A stretch of DNA of 64,000 bases from Acidobacteriota bacterium (GTDB lineage: Bacteria; Acidobacteriota; UBA890; WLXD01): contig CAXWPH010000015.1 of assembly GCA_963666055.2 (NCBI GenBank), positions 1 to 64,000 on the forward strand, in the 5' to 3' direction. The position numbers and the translations under genes are program-made. This document shows positions 39,491 through 49,428 of the stretch, one piece after another; the first letter of the stretch is position 1; every line of letters begins with the position of its first letter. The notes under the pieces are model-generated. The model had not been told where the DNA came from. It saw only the letters and a list, made by a program, of their open reading frames with translations, and did no database searches.

Positions 39491-41889
39491 CCAGCGAGGC
39501 GCTCGCGTAGCAGCCGCTGGACGATGCCGCCGTCGGCACCGGCTCCCACCTCGGCCATCACCTGGCCCATGAAGAATCCCATCAACGCTTCACGCCCGGC
39601 TCGATACTCGTCGACCTTGTCGGGGTTGGCGGCAACCACGCGGTCGACGACCACGGCGAGCGCCGCCTCGTCGACAACCGCGTCCAGACCATGCTGTCGC
39701 ACGATAGCGTGCGGATCACCGCCCTCGGCAACCAGCAGCTCGAACACCAGACGGCCAGCGCGGGCGGTGATCTCCCCGGTCTCGACCATCGCCACCAAGG
39801 CGCCGAGCGTACCTCCGTCAAAGGGCAGGTCGTCGAGGCGACGCTCTTTGGTGGCCGGTAGCACTTCGTTGACGATCCACTTTGCCGTGGCTGCCGCATC
39901 GGCCGGCGCAGCGACGGCGGCCTCGAAGAAGTCCGCCAGCGCAGGATACCCGGTGAGCACGTCGGCATCGGCGGCGCTCAGGTCGAGCTCGGCTCGATAG
40001 CGCTCATAGCGCGACGCCAGATCGGCATCGGAATCGCGAGCCGCCGCACGCGCTTCGGCCGGCGTGCGCTTGCGGCGCTTGCGTCCCTCGTGGTCGCACT
40101 CCGTGCCGATCGCTGAGGCTGGCTCGCCATCGACCGCAGCCCCACCGGGTGCATCCGCGCGCCGCGCCGGCTCGTCCGCCGCCAGAGCCTTCGTCCACGA
40201 GTCACGCAACGTGACCACGCGGTTGAAGATCGGCGCGCCTGGCTCCGAATCGACCGGGTCGCTGAAAAAGTAGCCTTGCCGCTCGAACTGCAGATGGGTA
40301 CCAGGCATGGTCTTGGCCACGCTGGGCTCTGCCAGGGCTCCCTCCACCACGTTGAGCGAGTCGGGGTTCAGATCAGCGATCAGATCTCCGTCTCGTCCGG
40401 GGTCGGCGACGGCGAACAGCCGGTCGTAGAGCCGCACGGCGACAGCGACCGCGTGCTCCGCCGAAACCCAGTGCACCGTCCCCTTCACCCGCCGTCCGTC
40501 TGGTGTGGACCCGCCGCTGGTCTCGGGGTCGTAGCTGCAGCGTAGCTCCACGACCTCGCCGGAATCGTCCTTGACGACGTCGTCGCAACGGATCACGTAG
40601 CCGTACCTGAGCCTCACCTCGCGACCCGGAGCCAAGCGGAAGAACTTCGGCGGTGGCTGCTCCATGAAGTCCTCGCGCTCGATGTACAGCTCGCCGCCGA
40701 ACGGCACCGGGCGCGAACCCTCCCTCGGCACATCGTGGGGCCAGAGCGGAGCATCGATCTGTTCCACCTTGCCGGCCGGCCAGTTGGTGACCACCACCTT
40801 GAGCGGCCGCAGCACGCACATCATCCGCGGGGCCTCGTGGTTCAGATCATCGCGGATGGCGTACTCGAGCATGGCGATGTCGACGCGGCCCTCGGTCTTG
40901 GCCACACCAACCAGATCGCAGAAGTTGCGAATCGCCGCCGGCGTCACTCCGCGGCGCCGCAACCCGGCAATCGTCGGCATGCGCGGGTCGTCCCAACCGT
41001 CGACGTGCGCGCCTTCCACCAGCTGCAGCAACTTGCGCTTGCTGGTGATCGTGTAGTCGACATTGAGACGCGAAAACTCGAACTGGCAGGGCCTCGCCGA
41101 CCCCAGATCGAGGCTGTCGATGTACCAGTCGTAGAGCTCGCGGTTGTTCACGAACTCGAGCGTGCAGAGCGAGTGCGTGACCCCCTCGATGGCGTCGGAC
41201 TGGCCATGCGCCCAGTCATAGAACGGGTAGATGCACCACTCGTCGCCCCTCCGGTAGTGGTGCGCGTGACGAATTCGATACATCAGCGGATCACGCATCT
41301 TCATGTTCGGGTGGGCCATGTCGACGCGAGCGCGTAGCACCTTGGCACCGTCGGGGAACTCGCCAGCGCGCATGCGCGTGAAGAGATCGAGGTTCTCTGC
41401 TGCCGAGCGGTCGCGATAAGGGCTCTGGCGTCCGGGTTCGGTCACCGTGCCGCGATAGGCACGGATCTCTTCCTCGGTCAGGTCGTCGACGTAGGCCCTG
41501 CCCTTGCGAATCAGCTCGACGGCCCAATCGTACAGACGCTCGAAGTAGTCGGAGGCGTAGTACTCGTGCTCGCCCCAGTCGAACCCAAGCCACCGTACGT
41601 CGGCCTTGATCGCGTCGACATAGCGGGGATCTTCGGTGGCCGGGTTGGTGTCGTCGAAGCGCAGGTTGCAGTGCCCGCCAAACTCCGCCGCAATGCCGAA
41701 GTCGACACAGATCGCCTTGGCGTGTCCGATATGAAGGAAGCCGTTGGGCTCGGGGGGAAACCGGGTCACGATGCCGTCGTACTTCCCGGTGGCGAGGTCA
41801 TCGCGCACGATCGTACGGACGAAGTTGTTGCCGGACTCCCGGTCGGGGCCTACTCCTGGTTCCAAATCAGGCCTGCTGTCGGCGGCCAA
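39487..41889 (-). CDS. glnS: Glutamine--tRNA ligase with C-terminal GatB/YqeY domain
   Basis: [36 protein letters not shown], followed by a GatB/YqeY-like tail (GFFMGQVM). TTG start inferred. Confidence 0.93.
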   Translation of the reverse strand: MAADSRPDLEPGVGPDRESGNNFVRTIVRDDLATGKYDGIVTRFPPEPNGFLHIGHAKAICVDFGIAAEFGGHCNLRFDDTNPATEDPRYVDAIKADVRWLGFDWGEHEYYASDYFERLYDWAVELIRKGRAYVDDLTEEEIRAYRGTVTEPGRQSPYRDRSAAENLDLFTRMRAGEFPDGAKVLRARVDMAHPNMKMRDPLMYRIRHAHHYRRGDEWCIYPFYDWAHGQSDAIEGVTHSLCTLEFVNNRELYDWYIDSLDLGSARPCQFEFSRLNVDYTITSKRKLLQLVEGAHVDGWDDPRMPTIAGLRRRGVTPAAIRNFCDLVGVAKTEGRVDIAMLEYAIRDDLNHEAPRMMCVLRPLKVVVTNWPAGKVEQIDAPLWPHDVPREGSRPVPFGGELYIEREDFMEQPPPKFFRLAPGREVRLRYGYVIRCDDVVKDDSGEVVELRCSYDPETSGGSTPDGRRVKGTVHWVSAEHAVAVAVRLYDRLFAVADPGRDGDLIADLNPDSLNVVEGALAEPSVAKTMPGTHLQFERQGYFFSDPVDSEPGAPIFNRVVTLRDSWTKALAADEPARRADAPGGAAVDGEPASAIGTECDHEGRKRRKRTPAEARAAARDSDADLASRYERYRAELDLSAADADVLTGYPALADFFEAAVAAPADAAATAKWIVNEVLPATKERRLDDLPFDGGTLGALVAMVETGEITARAGRLVFELLVAEGGDPHAIVRQHGLDAVVDEAALAVVVDRVVAANPDKVDEYRAGREALMGFFMGQVMAEVGAGADGGIVQRLLRERLAG

Positions 41890-41993
41890 AGCTCCCCCAT
41901 GCGACCGAGCGCAGAGAGTGCGCCACACGCCACCGCACCGTCGCGACACGCAGCGGCGCCGCCCAGCAGCATCGCAGACTCAGCGAACCTTGG

Positions 41994-42042
41994 CTAGCGG
42001 GCCGTGGTGGAAGTGTGGTGGGCCCGGCGACAGGGTCTTGCG
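41994..42042 (+). repeat. Family A dispersed element, full-length copy
   Basis: CTAGCGGGCCGTGGTGGAAGTGTGGTGGGCCCGGCGACAGGGTCTTGCG. Confidence 0.85.
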
Positions 42043-42082
42043 CCCGCAACCCCCCTATTGGCTGAAGGGTTGCGTCGACGGC

Positions 42083-43402
42083 TCAGTTCGACGAGATGCG
42101 GTAGAGATAGCGTCCGCCTCGCAGGTACATCTCGCCACCGACGATCGCCGGGGAACCGTCGAACCCGTCATCCAGGCTGTTCTGCGCCAGCACCTTGAAC
42201 TCCGGCCCATTCTCGAGCACGAGGCCTCCGCCATCACGGCCGACGAGATACACGCGGCCGGCCGCCCCCACGGGCGAGGCATAGACCTCGCGTAGCCCCG
42301 CCAATCGCTGTGGGCCATAGCGACGCTGGCCGGTGCTGGCGGTGTACACGGTCAGAATCGGATCGTTGCTCTTCAAGACGTACAGCGCATCGTCGTAAAG
42401 CAGCGGTGAGGGCACATAGGGAGTGTCGCGATCGGCCTGCCAAGCGGTCGCGTCGGTATCGCCGATGTCGCCCACGGCCGTGTCGAGGCGCACGGCGCGC
42501 AGCGCGCTACCGCGGAATCCGGCCATCAGGTAGACGACGCCATCGGCGAATACCGGCGAGGGAATCGAGTTCAGCGTCAGGCCCGGCCCGTCCCAGATCA
42601 GCTCACCGTTGGAGAAATCATAACTGCGTACGCGATTCGTACCCGCCGTGATCACCTGTGTGCGTCCGGCGTGCTCGAGCACGAGCGGCGTGCCCCAGGT
42701 GGTGATCTCGTCGCGGGCGGTGCGCCAGATCTCCTCACCGGTGCGCTTGTCGAGCGCCACGATGTACGACGGTCCCTCGTGGTCCCAGGTAATCACCAGC
42801 GTATCGCCGTACAGCGCGGGTGAGCTCCCCTCGCCGAACTCGCGGCGGGTGGACATGTCGCCCAGATCCTTCTCCCAGACGAGATTGCCGTTCATGTCGT
42901 AGCAGAAGATGCCGCGCGAGCCGAAGTACGCCCACACGTGCTCGCCGTCGGTCATGGCGGAGGCCGACGCGTAGGAGTTGTTGACCTGCCGCGCCTCGTG
43001 CGGGCGCTCCTCGCGCGCTGTGCGCTCCCAGGCCACCGAACCGTCGGCGCGGTTGATCGCCATGACCTTGAAACGCAACGGGCTAGTGGGGCTCGGTGCG
43101 CCGCGGCGTGCTCGGTCGGCAGCGGCGGACGCGTCGGGCTCTCCCACGGCGGTGAGAACGTAGACGCGATCCCCCCACACCACGGGTGTGCCGGAGCCAC
43201 GCCCCGGAATGGCGATCTTCCAGGCGACGTTCTTCGTTTCGCTCCACTCCAACGGGGGATCGCCGTCCGGTGAAACACCCGACATCAGCGGGCCGCGCCA
43301 CACCGGCCATTGGCTTTGGCTCTGGAGCGCAGCAGACCCCACCGGGCTGGCGATCGCGATCGCGCCCAACAAAACGCCAACAACTACATGCCTCAACGCC
43401 AT
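42083..43402 (-). CDS. Secreted PQQ-like beta-propeller protein
   Basis: QWPVWRGP, NSYASAS..TDG, PYVPSPLL; GGAGG RBS. Confidence 0.85.
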   Translation of the reverse strand: MALRHVVVGVLLGAIAIASPVGSAALQSQSQWPVWRGPLMSGVSPDGDPPLEWSETKNVAWKIAIPGRGSGTPVVWGDRVYVLTAVGEPDASAAADRARRGAPSPTSPLRFKVMAINRADGSVAWERTAREERPHEARQVNNSYASASAMTDGEHVWAYFGSRGIFCYDMNGNLVWEKDLGDMSTRREFGEGSSPALYGDTLVITWDHEGPSYIVALDKRTGEEIWRTARDEITTWGTPLVLEHAGRTQVITAGTNRVRSYDFSNGELIWDGPGLTLNSIPSPVFADGVVYLMAGFRGSALRAVRLDTAVGDIGDTDATAWQADRDTPYVPSPLLYDDALYVLKSNDPILTVYTASTGQRRYGPQRLAGLREVYASPVGAAGRVYLVGRDGGGLVLENGPEFKVLAQNSLDDGFDGSPAIVGGEMYLRGGRYLYRISSN

Positions 43403-43648
43403 ACCTCCGGCTGGTCGACAGAACGTGCCGGCGATGCGGAAGCTTGAGCCACCGCCACCTGCAGTCACAGACACCTACACATCTTCGCTTCTTCCGGCGG
43501 CGACCGCACGACCGTTGCGCAGAAGCTACCGTAAAGAATTGTCAACGACGCCGTCTACACTGCCGGTCGTGCCGGCACGCTATCTGCGGCACCAGCGAGA
43601 CCAGCGTGCCATACCCACCAGAGCACCCGACCAGAGGAAACAGAGCCG

Positions 43649-45028
43649 ATGACCGAAAACTACGACGCCCTCATCATCGGGACCGGACAGGCCGGTCCCT
43701 CGCTGGCGGCTCGTCTGGCCGGCGAAGACTGGAAGGTCGCGATCATCGAGCGCAGCCGGTTCGGCGGCACGTGCGTGAATGAGGGATGCACGCCAACCAA
43801 GGCGCTGGTGGCAAGCGCCCGGGTCGCCCACGTCGCACGGCGAGCAGCCGACTACGGTGTCGAGATCGACGGCTCCATCGCCGTCAACATGGCTGCCGTC
43901 AAAGCAAGGAAGGACCGCATCGTCCAGCGCTCCACCACGAACGTGGAGAAGTGGCTGCGGGGCCTGGACAATTGCACTGTGTACCAGGGCCATGCCCGCT
44001 TCGAAGGGTCCTCGACGGTCAGGGTCGGCGACACGTGTCTGCATGCCGACAAGATCTTCGTCAACGTCGGCACACGCCCGTCGGTGCCACCGATGCCCGG
44101 TCTGAACGAGGTTGAGTACCTGACCAGCTCGCAGATGATGGACGTGGACTTCGTGCCCGAACACCTGGTGATTATCGGCGGCAGCTACATCGGCCTCGAG
44201 TTCGGGCAGATGTACCGTCGATTCGGCAGCGAGGTCACCATCGTCCAGCGCGGCCCCAGGTTGATACCGCGCGACGATGAGGACGTGTCGGAGGCGGTGC
44301 GCGAGATCCTCGCCAACGAGGGCATCGACATCCGCCTGAACGCCGAGTGCACCGAGGCCGAGGCACAGGGCGAGGGCGTGCGTGTGCGGCTCGACTGCGA
44401 CGCCGGTGCCCCCGCGGTCGAGGGCTCGCATCTTCTGCTGGCCGTCGGCAGGCGTCCCAACACCGACGATCTGGGTCTCGAGACGACGGGCATCGAGGTG
44501 AACGAGCGCGGCACCATCGTGGTGGACGAGGAGCTGCAAACCGCCGAGCCTGGCATCTGGGCACTAGGCGACTGCAACGGACGGGGCGCGTTCACTCACA
44601 CCTCCTACAACGACTACGAGATCGTCGCCGCCAACCTGCTCGGCGGCGACACGCGGCGGGTCAGCGACCGCTTCCTGTGCTACGGCCTGTTCATCGATCC
44701 ACCGCTGGCGCGCGTCGGACTGACCGAGGCCGAGGTGCGGCGCTCAGGCCGCCCCGCGCTGGTTGCCAAGCGCCCGATGAGCCGGGTGTCGCGGGCTATC
44801 GAGAAGGGCGAAACGCAAGGCTTCATGAAGATCGCCGTCGACGCCGAGACCAAGCTGATATTGGGCGCGGCAATCCTCGGAACCGGTGGCGACGAGAGCA
44901 TCCACTGCATCATCGACGTGATGTATGCCAAGGCCCCATACACGGTCATCGAGCGCGCCGTCCACATCCATCCGACCGTTGCGGAGCTCATTCCCACCCT
45001 GCTGAGCGATCTCGAGCCGCTGCAGTAG
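43649..45028 (+). CDS. Pyridine nucleotide-disulfide oxidoreductase (MerA/LpdA-like)
   Basis: GTGQAG, GGTCVNEGCTP, GGSYIGLE, GD, HIHPT.AE. Confidence 0.9.
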   Translation: MTENYDALIIGTGQAGPSLAARLAGEDWKVAIIERSRFGGTCVNEGCTPTKALVASARVAHVARRAADYGVEIDGSIAVNMAAVKARKDRIVQRSTTNVEKWLRGLDNCTVYQGHARFEGSSTVRVGDTCLHADKIFVNVGTRPSVPPMPGLNEVEYLTSSQMMDVDFVPEHLVIIGGSYIGLEFGQMYRRFGSEVTIVQRGPRLIPRDDEDVSEAVREILANEGIDIRLNAECTEAEAQGEGVRVRLDCDAGAPAVEGSHLLLAVGRRPNTDDLGLETTGIEVNERGTIVVDEELQTAEPGIWALGDCNGRGAFTHTSYNDYEIVAANLLGGDTRRVSDRFLCYGLFIDPPLARVGLTEAEVRRSGRPALVAKRPMSRVSRAIEKGETQGFMKIAVDAETKLILGAAILGTGGDESIHCIIDVMYAKAPYTVIERAVHIHPTVAELIPTLLSDLEPLQ

Positions 45029-45069
45029 CCGCGACCGGGCCATCCCGTATCGACTGGTTAGACACGACG

Positions 45070-45729
45070 TCAGCGAGCGCCGCTGCGTGGGCGCAAGCCG
45101 TCGAGCAAGATCGTGGTGAGGATCTCCGGGAGCTCGTCGCGCCGCTCATCGACCGCTTCGTCGCCCAGCAGTCGCTGCAGGATCAGCCCCAGGATGGTCG
45201 CCGTTACCACTCTGGCGGCGAGCGCCGGATCCGCCGTGTGCACGCTACCGCGGGCCGCCAGATCGGCCAACAAGGTCTCGCCCAGCTCGGTTGCCGGCCG
45301 CAGTACCTGCTCGTAGTAGTCGCGTCGATGCTGCGGGTCGATGAGCAGCTCGGGCCACGTGGCGCGCAGCAGCTCGAGCCGCTGCCAGAGGGTGTCTAGC
45401 CGATGCCTGAGATAGGCGCCAAGCAGCTCGCGAAAACCCGACGCCGGCCGTTGGCCCAGGTCGATCTTGCGGCGCTCGGCCTCGGTGAGGCGACCCAGAA
45501 GGCCGAGCAACAGATCGCTCTTGTCGCTGAAGTAGTTGTAGATCGTCCCGTCTGCCACTCCGGCGCGTCGAGCGATCGCCCGTACGGTGGCGCGCTGATA
45601 GCCGACCGCGGCGATCTCCTCGGTGGCGGCATCGAGAATGTGCTCGCGGCGTCGGCGGGCTCGATCGACGCTGTTCGGGGATCCGCGGTGTGTCCCCGGC
45701 CGGGGTTCAGGCAAGAAGGCGCTTTCCAT
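45070..45729 (-). CDS. TetR/AcrR family regulator
   Basis: ILDAA...GY..ATVRAIARRAGVADGTIYNYF.DK. Confidence 0.92.
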   Translation of the reverse strand: MESAFLPEPRPGTHRGSPNSVDRARRRREHILDAATEEIAAVGYQRATVRAIARRAGVADGTIYNYFSDKSDLLLGLLGRLTEAERRKIDLGQRPASGFRELLGAYLRHRLDTLWQRLELLRATWPELLIDPQHRRDYYEQVLRPATELGETLLADLAARGSVHTADPALAARVVTATILGLILQRLLGDEAVDERRDELPEILTTILLDGLRPRSGAR

Positions 45730-45750
45730 AGCCGTTCATCTAGTAGAATC

Positions 45751-45788
45751 TGAATGATCATTCATTCAAATAATGAACGATCATTCAT
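45751..45788. promoter_or_regulatory. Two tandem palindromic operators upstream of tetR
   Basis: TGAATGATCATTCA (45751-45764, perfect) and ATGAACGATCATTCAT (45773-45788, one mismatch). Confidence 0.8.
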
Positions 45789-45881
45789 CACATCGCAAGG
45801 TCCGCCTCGTACAACATCGAGTGGCGCTCTGCTCACCCTCGTCGCACCTCGCCCGCCACCATCGGCAGCTTGCCTTCGCCT

Positions 45882-45930
45882 CGCATGACCCTGTCGCCAG
45901 GTCCGCCACACCTCCACCACGGCCTGCTGG
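45882..45930 (-). repeat. Family A dispersed element
   Basis: Reverse complement CCAGCAGGCCGTGGTGGAGGTGTGGCGGACCTGGCGACAGGGTCATGCG. Confidence 0.82.
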
Positions 45931-45992
45931 CAGCCGGCGCGGTCCGCGGCTACAGTCATGGCGCCGCTCCGACCAAGCGAGGCGAACCTCCG

Positions 45993-47303
45993 TTGCAAGC
46001 ACTGCCGACGCCAGATGAGCTCCGTATTCGGCGTCTTGGCATGCCTCGGCAAGCCTCGCCGCTAGTGTCGCGGGGCGTCGTGTTGGTAGCCGACGATCTC
46101 GGCGTCCTGATCCCGTCGGACACCGAAACGCTGGGCGACGTCGAGGGTCCGGTGCCGGCGTTCGAAGCCGCCGGGCCGCGCCATCGGGTCTTCTTCGACC
46201 CGCCGAAAACGAGCATCGGCATCGTCACCTGCGGCGGATTGTGCCCGGGGATCAACGATGTCATCCGCGCCATCGTGCTCACCGCGTGGCACGGGTACGG
46301 TGTGCGCCGGGTTCTCGGATTCCGCTACGGCTACGCCGGCCTGTCGGCGTCTTCCGGACTGCCGCCGATGACGCTCGAGCCCGACGTCGTACACGACATC
46401 CATGCCCTTGGCGGGACCATCTTGGGCTCCGGCCGCGGACCCGAGAAGATCGCCGATATGGTCGACGAGTTGCAGCGACGTCAGATCGACGTGCTCTTCG
46501 CCATCGGCGGTGGCGGCACCCTGGCCGGCGCTTCGCAGTTGGCAGCGGAGATCACCCGACGCGATCTGCCTATCGCCGTGGTCGGTATTCCGAAGACCAT
46601 CGACAATGACATCCTGTGGCTGGAGCGGAGCTTCGGGTTCGCTACCGCGGTGAACGAAGCGGCACGATCGATCGTCGCGGCTCACACCGAAGCACACGCG
46701 GTGCGCAACGGGATCGGGTTGGTGAAGCTCATGGGCCGTTGCTCTGGCTTCATCGCCGCCCATGCGACGTTGGCCCACAACCAGGTCAACTTCTGCCTCA
46801 TACCCGAGTCGCCCTTCTCGCTCCAAGGAGAGAGCGGCTTCCTACGTCTGCTCGAGCGAAGAGTAGAAGCCCGAGGCCACGCGGTCATCGTCGTCGCCGA
46901 GGGCGCTGGCCAGGAGCACACCGGGCGCAAGGGGCCGGCTCGCGATGTCTCCGGCAACCCCACTCTTGCCGACATCGGCAGCTTTCTGAGAGAGCGCATC
47001 TTGGAGCACTTCCGCTCCCACGGCATCGCCGCGGCGGCGAAGTATATTGACCCGAGCTATCTGATCCGCAGCCTGCCGGCTAACGCCTTCGATTCGGCTC
47101 TTTGCCTGACTCTCGGCCAGCACGCCGTGCACGCAGGACTCAGTGGCCGAACCGACATGCTGGTGGGTACCTGGGGCGGGCGCTATACGCACGTGCCGCT
47201 ACCCTTGGCAACCAGCGAGCGGCGGCAGATCGACGTTCAAGGCGCAGTATGGCAACGGGTGCTCGAGGCCACCGGTCAGCCAGCCGTCATGCGCGGTGAC
47301 TGA
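45993..47303 (+). CDS. 6-phosphofructokinase, PfkA family group II type
   Basis: IVTCGGLCPG.N, GGTILGS, PKTIDND, KLMGR, AEGAG, KYIDPSY; GGGGT replaces GGDGT. Start codon uncertain. Confidence 0.88.
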   Translation: MQALPTPDELRIRRLGMPRQASPLVSRGVVLVADDLGVLIPSDTETLGDVEGPVPAFEAAGPRHRVFFDPPKTSIGIVTCGGLCPGINDVIRAIVLTAWHGYGVRRVLGFRYGYAGLSASSGLPPMTLEPDVVHDIHALGGTILGSGRGPEKIADMVDELQRRQIDVLFAIGGGGTLAGASQLAAEITRRDLPIAVVGIPKTIDNDILWLERSFGFATAVNEAARSIVAAHTEAHAVRNGIGLVKLMGRCSGFIAAHATLAHNQVNFCLIPESPFSLQGESGFLRLLERRVEARGHAVIVVAEGAGQEHTGRKGPARDVSGNPTLADIGSFLRERILEHFRSHGIAAAAKYIDPSYLIRSLPANAFDSALCLTLGQHAVHAGLSGRTDMLVGTWGGRYTHVPLPLATSERRQIDVQGAVWQRVLEATGQPAVMRGD

Positions 47304-47330
47304 GCGCAACCTTGCGGTTCGCCGCGCGTC

Positions 47331-47607
47331 TAGCAGGGTGCTGAAAAACTCTGGTGAGTCTGGCCGGTGGGTCTTGCTGGCGAGATCAAGGAAGAGCGAC
47401 GAGGGCGATGCCAGGGTCATCGTCGAGGAGCTCTGACGCTGAGATCGCCAGCAAGACCCACCCGCCCAACGGGTTACGGCGTCGTGGAGCCATCTGCAGC
47501 GTTGGCCCTCCTGGACGATACGACAAGCATCGCCTGCGTCGCGCCGCCTTGCATCTGGCCCCACGACGCCGTAACCAGACCCACCAGAGTTCTTCAGCAC
47601 CCTGCTA
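47331..47607. mobile_element. MITE-2 with 33-bp TIRs (31/33 identical)
   Basis: TAGCAGGGTGCTGAAAAACTCTGGTGAGTCTGG (47331-47363) versus the reverse complement of 47575-47607; begins at CTAG; two internal hairpins with 18- and 16-bp perfect stems. Confidence 0.9.
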
Positions 47608-47672
47608 AGCAGTAGTGTGATCGTGATCGGTCGCACCGACGCCGACGATCCGATTCACGCACGCGAGTCGCC

Positions 47673-49337
47673 GTGAGTAGCGCACGCAAGCTCTCGAGCC
47701 CAGGGTTCGACGAGGAAATACGCACCTACCTGCAGCAGCGCCTGCGGTTGCTCGCCGGTGCCGTCACCGTCATCACCGGCGTGCTGGCCGCGGCGTTCGT
47801 CGTCGCGTCGTGGCAACGGGGCGACGATGGCCTGCTGACCGTGTTGGTGGCGTTCGTCACCACGTTGCCCAACGCGGCGCTGTTCTGGCTGGTCGTCGGA
47901 GCGTCGGTTATTCGGCGCGGTCTGCAGAGCCACCGACTGTCAGAGCGCGGCCTGGCCATGCTCGACGGCCTGCTGCTGCAGATTCTTGTCGCCCCCTGTC
48001 TGCTGCTCTATGCAAGCTCGCACACATTCTCCTTCTCCGGATTCGGGTCGGTACTGCCGTTCTTGACCCTGTTCATACTGACGCGTGCGACGCTGGTACC
48101 GAGCTCGGCGGCACGCACGTTCTGGCTTTCGATCTCGGCCCCGATCGGGGTGCTGTCGATCCAGTTGTGGCAGGGGGCCTCATACGCTTTCCCCGATCAG
48201 CCCTACCCCCGCAGCCACTACGTCGACATTCTGATTCAGAACCAGATATTGCTCGCCGGCGCCATCGGCGTGGCCTGCGTCGCTTCTCGCGTAAACCTCG
48301 GGCTGCGGCGCCGCAGCTACGAGGCTGGACACCTCGGCCAATACGAGATCCACGGCAAGCTCGGCGCCGGGGCCATGGGCGAGGTCTATGCCGCCACCCA
48401 TTCACTGTTGAACCGCCCCACGGCGATCAAGCTGCTGCGCCCCGAGATCGCCGGCGAGAGCGCGCTGCTCCGATTCGAGCGCGAGGTCAAGCAGACAAGC
48501 CGCCTGACCCATCCCAACTCGGTCGGCATCTATGACTACGGGCACACCGCTGACGGCGTGTTCTATTACGCCATGGAGCTACTCGACGGCGCCAACCTGC
48601 GAGAGATCGTCGAGGGCACCGGCGCCATGCCCGCTGGACGAGTCATCCACGTGCTGTCCGCCGCCTGCGGCGCGCTTGCCGAGGCGCACTCGGAGGGAAT
48701 GGTGCATCGCGATATCAAGCCCGCCAACATCATGCTCTGCCGGCAGGGGGGCGAGAACGATGTCGTCAAGAACCTCGACTTCGGCCTGGTGAAGAGCCTC
48801 AGCCAGCAGGCCCCGGAGCTCGACGGCATGATCATGGGAACGCCAGAGACCATGGCTCCGGAGGCGGTGTACCCCGAGATGATGGGGCCGCGCGCCGACC
48901 TGTACTCGTTGTCCGCCGTCGGCTACTACCTACTCACCGGCACGCCGTTGTTCGTCGCAACTGATGTTCGCGAGTACATCCGCCTGCACCAGACCAAGCA
49001 GCCGGAGCCGCCGCGATCGCTCAACCCCGAGATCCCCCGCGACCTGGAGCAGGTGATCCTCAAGGGGCTCTCCAAGGACCCTGGAATGCGCGCCAAGAAC
49101 GCCGTTACCATGCGCGCCCAGCTGCTCGATTGCGAGGCCGCCGGCAGCTGGCTCGCGACTGATGCCGACGAGTGGTGGTCGGGCTTCGAGAAACCATCAC
49201 CGATGCAGCACTCCACCAGCTCCACTGGCTCCGAGAGCATCCTGGCAACGGCGCTGATCGGCGAGGCCACGGCGCTGCTGATCGACAGCACTGCTTTCGA
49301 TGCCCTCGACGACGGGGACGCCGAAGCCGACGGTTAG
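47673..49337 (+). CDS. Membrane-anchored Hanks-type Ser/Thr kinase
   Basis: About six N-terminal TM helices, GAGAMGEVY, AIK, HRDIKPAN, DFG, MAPE. Confidence 0.92.
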   Translation: MSSARKLSSPGFDEEIRTYLQQRLRLLAGAVTVITGVLAAAFVVASWQRGDDGLLTVLVAFVTTLPNAALFWLVVGASVIRRGLQSHRLSERGLAMLDGLLLQILVAPCLLLYASSHTFSFSGFGSVLPFLTLFILTRATLVPSSAARTFWLSISAPIGVLSIQLWQGASYAFPDQPYPRSHYVDILIQNQILLAGAIGVACVASRVNLGLRRRSYEAGHLGQYEIHGKLGAGAMGEVYAATHSLLNRPTAIKLLRPEIAGESALLRFEREVKQTSRLTHPNSVGIYDYGHTADGVFYYAMELLDGANLREIVEGTGAMPAGRVIHVLSAACGALAEAHSEGMVHRDIKPANIMLCRQGGENDVVKNLDFGLVKSLSQQAPELDGMIMGTPETMAPEAVYPEMMGPRADLYSLSAVGYYLLTGTPLFVATDVREYIRLHQTKQPEPPRSLNPEIPRDLEQVILKGLSKDPGMRAKNAVTMRAQLLDCEAAGSWLATDADEWWSGFEKPSPMQHSTSSTGSESILATALIGEATALLIDSTAFDALDDGDAEADG

Positions 49338-49428
49338 CAGGCCGTGCGGCGCGGTCGACTCAGCCCGAGCCCGCGACGCTTCTGCTGTACGCTGGGGGTT
49401 GCTGCCAACCCGCCCTCCGAGGTCCCAG

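Noticed and set aside
13804-43402. Three PQQ-like proteins as quinoprotein dehydrogenases or BamB
   Set aside because: Only generic propeller blades are visible; no catalytic motifs or bam context. They fit an expanded family of unknown function.
43649-45028. Mercuric reductase MerA
   Set aside because: No C-terminal Cys-Cys pair, no N-terminal metal-binding domain and no mer genes nearby.
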